Part shown: in pieces, positions 59,101 to 64,000 of the stretch
How positions within the stretch are numbered: position 1 is the stretch's first letter
Layout: each line of letters opens with the position of its first letter
IMG/VR virus record: IMGVR_UViG_3300044623_001092
Strand: one strand, 5' to 3'
DNA from: a virus
Length of the DNA stretch: 64,000 nucleotides
Notes under the pieces: generated by a model
What the model was told of the DNA's origin: nothing
Seen by the model: the letters and a program-made list of their open reading frames with translations, nothing else
The model's database searches: none
Program-made: the position numbers and the translations under genes

Positions 59101-59505
59101 TGCACCTGTTGTATAATCAGGTGCATACACTGTAGATTCAATCGCACCAGGATAATAATTAATAATATTTTCAACCGAAGCCGAAATTCTCTTAACCATC
59201 GAACCATAGAGGTTGAAATTGGTAATTTGTGATAAATCAAAATTTGGATAAACTTTAAAATTATTCTCAAAAATTGCTTTAGATTGTTCAACGGTATCAA
59301 TCCCCAAACCTTGTAGGTTTATCGGGTTAGAAAATACCCCTGTCGTAAAGGTTCTATTAACTTTTTCAGTAACGGATTCTGTAAATTCAAAATTACCTTG
59401 CGTTAACCCACCTCCTTGCACTAATTGGAATCCAACCAAATCATCGGAAAAGGTTCCTGACCCTGCGGCACTTTGTGGTGGACAAGTATATTTTTTAATC
59501 GCCAT
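56146..59505 (-). CDS. Baseplate wedge/tail structural protein
   Basis: LLKNLAQTLGW...YLFKSKGTRKSIETLMSLIG resembles the P2 gpI/baseplate-wedge KGT motif. Confidence 0.65.
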   Translation of the reverse strand: MAIKKYTCPPQSAAGSGTFSDDLVGFQLVQGGGLTQGNFEFTESVTEKVNRTFTTGVFSNPINLQGLGIDTVEQSKAIFENNFKVYPNFDLSQITNFNLYGSMVKRISASVENIINYYPGAIESTVYAPDYTTGATALNIVYDSVQDVTTFELNIVKLRNPFGIDFTVNATRNLELREIPVSQLRNMTVEYAKYSLYINGEGYSLLRITPTQSLVSGILTLVVEGNPFNGNGVSYDSLVVRPNDFEVNKVFNEKLDQVENFLLNRNVTPKYSATFNIPMSSEDGTYYTGFKTVTWPINSIWNIDIITGSFTNYLSQLNEISVSFDGYKTDLISRFLTTGAFNEFDTTGQKVQKVLQVYGRSFDETKKFIDALAYVNSVNYNVGNDIPSQLLKNLAQTLGWKTNISPISNEELLSSVFGDKNAQKSAFSGINSVLTPDELNYQYYRNLVLNSAYLFKSKGTRKSIETLMSLIGAPEALVEFNEHVYLADQKINLKQFNSNFTSISGGTYVQDTPVLDSTYIFSIMGNTYTGFTTQNSLQDVNITRDEYPMDDFGYPSAPEDTETYFFQSGSGWFEQTPEHRAPEQVNLTTSVFTGANPSFQTSLKPYAYGQDYLDRFRKFPFMKLGYKLKINVDNNKSWTDKEVGLRSNLDGKYNARYYTTNDKLVLNVKNVDLFLNPGQGIAYDIWYMSRQYNYPIPNQGMNYIPSTTITLNLSATYEPGSVKATFNVTSNVSKDFDIRIDFKNTLGKVSGPDLEISTGVTISSGSFTGSTEIKVPDNFADLTLTSLFSNIVIGPNAITYGVAVNPEFLTVPSPTVLPTQFYNVIPKNIYPSKGGVDWTEINPQPKTQTFFEFAQTFWLNMINVRDRQFSGSKVGGYPTLGSIFWKYLESQNAIGVSNDNFSYQKMIEYVNGMGSYWVRLVEQMIPASTIWNTGVKYENSIFHRQKFVWRRQRGCEIVPVPCKPCTLTTSIFPIDCPVQSTECPVYPWDTSPRIQQYSGVLSYLLNQYLSENGFTLNDCVINSLNSSWFVDIRINDIMIIQIPFFTGVGLTIPNLSYPTTNTGWDIALETAFDELKVYGYDYNFTGNDTVIIFNNICSENDNGVNLKINVGINFNILCN

Positions 59506-60413
59506 TATTGTGTTATATTTGTAAAGTTTTTACTAAAATCAATGTTATTACCTCTATCTTGTCTAACTTCATATAATAATGAATTAAATTGGTCTCTGAT
59601 TTCGTAAAGGTTATATTGTTTGTAGATATTATTGTTAGTATCATAAAGAGTGTAAATACCATCATCCATTGACTTAGTTTGATTACCATATAGAGCAATT
59701 GCCAATGTTGAGAAATCATGTTCGGCCAATTCAATATCCAAAGTAATCGGGTTGAAAAAGGTATTAGTTATAATTATATCTTGGTTAGGTTGACCAATAT
59801 ATGGTGTGGCATTTGGTTTATTTGTCGGAGCCGATGATGGTGATAACGTACAAAATAACAGGTTACTATTACTGTCAGTATATCTATACCTAATAGCCTT
59901 CTGAGAAGAGTTCGTAACATTTTGTACCACGGGCTCACAGAAAAATGATGAGGTAACTAATCTAAAAAAATTAGGTATCTTTGTACCATCAGAATTTAAG
60001 TATTCAATTCTAAAACCAACTAACCCTTGATTAACAAATTTATTTCGATAATTAGATGGTACCTCATTTAAATTAATTACAATACCTTTAACATTTGGAA
60101 GTGCTGATAAAACACCACAATCCATTATTTTTGTTCTAATTTGTGCAGGTCTAATATATAATGTATAAATCCCAATTTTATTAAATTGGTCCGCTGGTAA
60201 AGTTAAATTATATAACCCACCCAATATCTCAACATTAGCATTACCACCTGTATTCGCATTATTAAAATACGGTTTTAGTAATGATGATGCGTCTAACTTT
60301 TTTAATACAAAGTTGTCAGTTTCATCCCTTGATGGTGTATAATTTAAAATTATTTCAACATCTTCAGGAGATACATCCGCGGGTCTTATAGTACCATAGG
60401 TTCCTGTTGCCAT
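59505..60413 (-). CDS. Probable structural protein
   Basis: 302 aa, coupled within the structural operon. Confidence 0.65.
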   Translation of the reverse strand: MATGTYGTIRPADVSPEDVEIILNYTPSRDETDNFVLKKLDASSLLKPYFNNANTGGNANVEILGGLYNLTLPADQFNKIGIYTLYIRPAQIRTKIMDCGVLSALPNVKGIVINLNEVPSNYRNKFVNQGLVGFRIEYLNSDGTKIPNFFRLVTSSFFCEPVVQNVTNSSQKAIRYRYTDSNSNLLFCTLSPSSAPTNKPNATPYIGQPNQDIIITNTFFNPITLDIELAEHDFSTLAIALYGNQTKSMDDGIYTLYDTNNNIYKQYNLYEIRDQFNSLLYEVRQDRGNNIDFSKNFTNITQ

Positions 60414-60438
60414 TCTATTATATTATCTTTTTTTTTAT

Positions 60439-61626
60439 TTAATAAGTTATGATATTGAAAAATCCGTAACCGTAATTAACTATTTCACCAATACTCCTAA
60501 CTTCATTCAATCTTTGTACTCTTTCGTAAGCACTAACTTTTCCTCTATCTATAAATACATCACTTTGTACTTCTGCATCATCAATAACATTTAATAATAC
60601 TTCATTTTTTGTTAAACCCGAACAAACCAACATATCTGACGTTATTCCCGATGATTGAACAACAAAAATTGTCGTACCATCAACATAATCATAGTAATCA
60701 ATATCATTAATTGTATAGGCGGTATACGTATTACCCAAATCAGGTCCCCAAAACGTACCTATATTACCTGAAGTACCCGTTATCGGAACACCTATTAAAA
60801 ATTTCTCAGCAAATAAATTAGCCTTTTTACCGTAGACTTCCAACCCATTAACATTTGACGTTGTATAACCCGTAATAATTATTGGTGATGATGAAACATC
60901 ATATACTTCTAAATCACAATTAGAGTCACCACTAAAAATATAATCATACATTATCGGAGTTCCCGACCAATTACCACCTGCAGGTACAAAATAAGCAGTA
61001 CCATTTGGATTTGTTATTGTCACATCCGAATATGGTACCGATATTTCTTTTTTTATAATATTGTACCCCCATGGACTCATACCTGACATACTTATCGTAT
61101 AGTCACCACTTGCAACGTATGTGTGGGTGTAATAATTAGGTGAAAAATTCGTTATTGTTTCCGTTATACCATCCCCCCAATCAACTTTATAATCTGAAAA
61201 TTGTAAGTAACTTAGAGATTGAATATCTGAGGTATTATAAAAATAATATTCATAAGGATTTAATGTGGTTGAGGAAAATAAAAAATTATTCACAACATCC
61301 TTTTGTAATACCGCCCCGTCAAACGTTGAATAATATCCAATGTCGATGCAAGTTTCACTTATAAAAATAGGGATAGTTAAACCCGTTAATAATGAATTAT
61401 ATTGTGTCGTACCCGTATTGTAAGTACCACCCGATAATACTTCAGTCATTGACGAATAAACAAATGTTTGACCCGTATAATTTTTTGTTACCGCACTTGT
61501 AAAAATATCACAACAAATTTCAACATCAAATTCCTCGTTATAAGAATTACCTGTATAGTCAATTAAAAATATATCACCATTAATTACTTCAGGAGATATT
61601 CTTACATTATATATTCTATCACTCAT
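60439..61626 (-). CDS. PKD-domain structural protein
   Basis: YKVDWGDG...HTYVASGDYTISM. Confidence 0.75.
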   Translation of the reverse strand: MSDRIYNVRISPEVINGDIFLIDYTGNSYNEEFDVEICCDIFTSAVTKNYTGQTFVYSSMTEVLSGGTYNTGTTQYNSLLTGLTIPIFISETCIDIGYYSTFDGAVLQKDVVNNFLFSSTTLNPYEYYFYNTSDIQSLSYLQFSDYKVDWGDGITETITNFSPNYYTHTYVASGDYTISMSGMSPWGYNIIKKEISVPYSDVTITNPNGTAYFVPAGGNWSGTPIMYDYIFSGDSNCDLEVYDVSSSPIIITGYTTSNVNGLEVYGKKANLFAEKFLIGVPITGTSGNIGTFWGPDLGNTYTAYTINDIDYYDYVDGTTIFVVQSSGITSDMLVCSGLTKNEVLLNVIDDAEVQSDVFIDRGKVSAYERVQRLNEVRSIGEIVNYGYGFFNIITY

Positions 61627-62444
61627 TATGGATTAACATATTCATACCATTTTATGGGAGTACCATTCCCGATTCGACTACCTAAGTAATTATAGATTTT
61701 GTAGGTTTTATCATTATAATCCAACACAACTTTATTATAAAAAAAGTTTTCATTGTTAAATAAAAATTTATTAGGTAACGATGATTGAGGTACCGTCATC
61801 ATTCTAACATACACACCTTGTTTAGCGTCAAAAAATTTAATTGACACATAAAATGTATCAAGATTTATTATTTTTCTTGATTTTAACCAATAATAGAAAA
61901 ACCCATCCATGTTAATGGAATTTTCACCAGGTGATGTTATATAGTCAAATAAATAATTAGGTTTTTTGATTATTACATTTTTTAAACTTATCGACATATC
62001 AACAGTTTCATATAAACCACTATATGATGGGATTATAACCGTAAAATAATTAGTTTGTTTAGTCCCGTCATTAGAATCGTAAAAATCCAATTTAAAAAAT
62101 GATTTTTTAAATGGTTTAGTTAAACCATAAATTTCTTCTTTAGTAAATCCTTCACTTATATAACTATTGGTCCAATCATTAATTGTTGACGCAGTAACGT
62201 TACTAGTTAACCCCGAATAAAAATTAAATTCGTAATTTAAAACTGTTTTATTACCTGATTTGTATGGTGAATGAGCAAATCTAATTACCTCAAAATCGTC
62301 AGGTATTCCCGACACTATTTTAATAACCTCATCTTGATATACTTCAATACTATCATCTCTACCCAAAAAATCCCACTGAATTTCAATAGGTATTGTTATA
62401 TTTTGATTAGTACCTGGTACCGTAAATTTATATTTATTATTCAC
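61626..62444 (-). CDS. Probable structural protein
   Basis: GTG 62444 (VNNKYK) overlaps the upstream stop; SFFKLDFYDS motif. Confidence 0.65.
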   Translation of the reverse strand: MNNKYKFTVPGTNQNITIPIEIQWDFLGRDDSIEVYQDEVIKIVSGIPDDFEVIRFAHSPYKSGNKTVLNYEFNFYSGLTSNVTASTINDWTNSYISEGFTKEEIYGLTKPFKKSFFKLDFYDSNDGTKQTNYFTVIIPSYSGLYETVDMSISLKNVIIKKPNYLFDYITSPGENSINMDGFFYYWLKSRKIINLDTFYVSIKFFDAKQGVYVRMMTVPQSSLPNKFLFNNENFFYNKVVLDYNDKTYKIYNYLGSRIGNGTPIKWYEYVNP

Positions 62445-64000
62445 ACTCGTCAATTTTAGGTGCCGCAACTACGGAATTGTTTATTAACCCATAACTATAA
62501 TTACTTCCTTCACCAATTAATCTGAAAATAATATCAATATAAGGATAATGTGCATTGTTTAAAAATGGGTAATCAACACCAATATTATCATTATCAACAT
62601 ATCCGTAAGGGTATATATCTCTCCAACGAAATTTATTATCATTTTGTGAAAAATACGCATAATCAGGTATACCAACCACATTCATGGGATTACCCTCCTC
62701 AACATAATCAGAATAAGCCCTAATTTTTACAGGATAAAGTGGTTTATAGTAGTAACCCTTGCAATTATCTCCAAATGGGTTTGAGTTAGGGGACACTCCA
62801 ATATTAAAATAATACGGATTAAATCTAAATTTATGATACATATCCGAAATAACTCGTTCTTCTTGACTGTAATCATTCCATTCACAATAATCCCCATCAA
62901 ACACATCACCTTTAGAAGGTGCGTTAACATAAGTAAAAGGTTTACCAGGTATTCCATACGGTGTGGTATAAGAACCCATAGTAAAATTAGTATTGGAATC
63001 GGGATTAGAGTTTCTCCACCAAGTATTTGACGCAGTTGGATTAATATTCAACGGATGTGTATTGAATTCCCATCCTTGTTTTAACCCATAAAACCCTCCA
63101 CCAGATTTAGTTAAACCAAATGTCCAACCAAGATACCCTTTCCATATTATTGAATAATATAGTTCACTAATCGGTCGTTTATGATTATCAATTATAGTTG
63201 ACGTATCAATATCATCACTAAATGATGAAGTGTACACAGTGCTACCATTTTTAATAGAAATACGACTTTGTTTATTTGGTGATATATTACTACTTATAAG
63301 TTTTCTATTAGATTTAAAAATTTGTTGTTCAAATCCTGACTTACCTAAAACAATACTATCCTCATCAGTCAATATTTTATGTTGTCTGACATAATATGTC
63401 GACATAGTTTCACCACTGTTCGTTATGTCAATTATACGTTTAAATGTACCCGTTTGATTATTAGTAAAAGTCGTACCCGTAAAACCAACATTATATATAT
63501 TGAAAATATATTCATTAGTACCATAGAATGGGTCACCTAACGAGTAAACCTGAAAAGAATCTATACCATCATAATTAAAACTTAATTTAACAAATTCACC
63601 AACCGATAAACCATGAGCAACAGGACACCTAAAGGAAATTACAGGTTGAGATTGGTCACTACCTTGACTAACAACAAATGGTATTCCATCCGAGGATACC
63701 CAATTTAACCCAACATTTGCAATTTCATCAAAATATGACATTTTTTTATTATATAAATTATCATAAACATAACTCACATAAATCGACCAATTATATGTGT
63801 AAGCACTTTTGTTAATGAAATCTAAATGCTTAATATTACCACTATCGTTAGTCGTATAACCTGAGATATCATTATCAATCCTTACAAAATCAAACTCATA
63901 AAATTGTGGAAACCCACTAAATAATACAGTCGAACCACTAGTACATATTTTATACGCTAACGACTTTTCATTTTCATAATATAAACTTGATTTATATGGG
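62437..64000 (-). CDS. Probable structural protein, 5'-truncated by window edge
   Basis: Frame of the track ORF (GTG 63777) stays open to the window end (...PYKSSLYYENEKSLAYK...). Confidence 0.75.
   Translation of the reverse strand, partial: PYKSSLYYENEKSLAYKICTSGSTVLFSGFPQFYEFDFVRIDNDISGYTTNDSGNIKHLDFINKSAYTYNWSIYVSYVYDNLYNKKMSYFDEIANVGLNWVSSDGIPFVVSQGSDQSQPVISFRCPVAHGLSVGEFVKLSFNYDGIDSFQVYSLGDPFYGTNEYIFNIYNVGFTGTTFTNNQTGTFKRIIDITNSGETMSTYYVRQHKILTDEDSIVLGKSGFEQQIFKSNRKLISSNISPNKQSRISIKNGSTVYTSSFSDDIDTSTIIDNHKRPISELYYSIIWKGYLGWTFGLTKSGGGFYGLKQGWEFNTHPLNINPTASNTWWRNSNPDSNTNFTMGSYTTPYGIPGKPFTYVNAPSKGDVFDGDYCEWNDYSQEERVISDMYHKFRFNPYYFNIGVSPNSNPFGDNCKGYYYKPLYPVKIRAYSDYVEEGNPMNVVGIPDYAYFSQNDNKFRWRDIYPYGYVDNDNIGVDYPFLNNAHYPYIDIIFRLIGEGSNYSYGLINNSVVAAPKIDECE

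Noticed and set aside
1-64000. Stop-codon reassignment
   Set aside because: Standard code gives dense full-length genes, and TAA, TGA and TAG all end well-formed ORFs
1-64000. Eukaryotic giant virus or bacterial chromosome origin
   Set aside because: Sigma-70, intrinsic terminators, coupled operons, amidase, gp46/47-like pair and baseplate-type genes indicate a bacteriophage; no housekeeping operons seen
1-64000. tRNA, rRNA, IS elements, integrase or reverse transcriptase/DGR
   Set aside because: None recognised by eye; intergenic spaces are short, but tRNAscan/Infernal were not run

Overview
AT-rich, densely coding 64-kb segment of a large (jumbo, probably myovirus-like) bacteriophage genome read in the standard genetic code. 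The host is most likely a Bacteroidota/Flavobacteria member: four TTG-N19/20-TAnnTTTG promoters, a Bacteroidota-type RpoD-like sigma factor, an Hc1-like histone and SprB repeats all point that way. Layout: (1-4.7 kb) glycine-rich tail-fibre-like genes; (4.7-35 kb) accessory, replication and lysis genes (DUF3310, thioredoxin/glutaredoxin, PcfJ-like, DUF932, Dam-family MTase, HNH, DnaJ, Hc1, amidase, sigma-70, SbcC/SbcD, PD-(D/E)XK nuclease, primase); (35-47 kb, + strand) Cys-rich and Thr/Pro mucin-like virion-type proteins, including a 2644-aa giant; (47-64 kb, - strand) RuvC, baseplate/tail-type proteins and SprB/PKD proteins. Best leads: (i) a plant-type (GT96 SERGT1/GT95 HPAT-like) protein O-glycosyltransferase inside the structural module, near very large Thr-Pro repeat proteins, suggesting phage-encoded mucin-like virion glycosylation; (ii) a promoter- and terminator-bounded 2 x 92-nt tandem unit that can be read as a structured RNA or as two 16-aa micropeptides; (iii) a shortened SAM synthetase (MetK) homolog lacking the catalytic motifs; (iv) a TATTTAT[AT] motif linked to proteins with a shared [LI]xE leader; (v) apparent absence of GATC. 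All family calls come from motif recognition by eye, with reference motifs recalled from memory; no searches were run.
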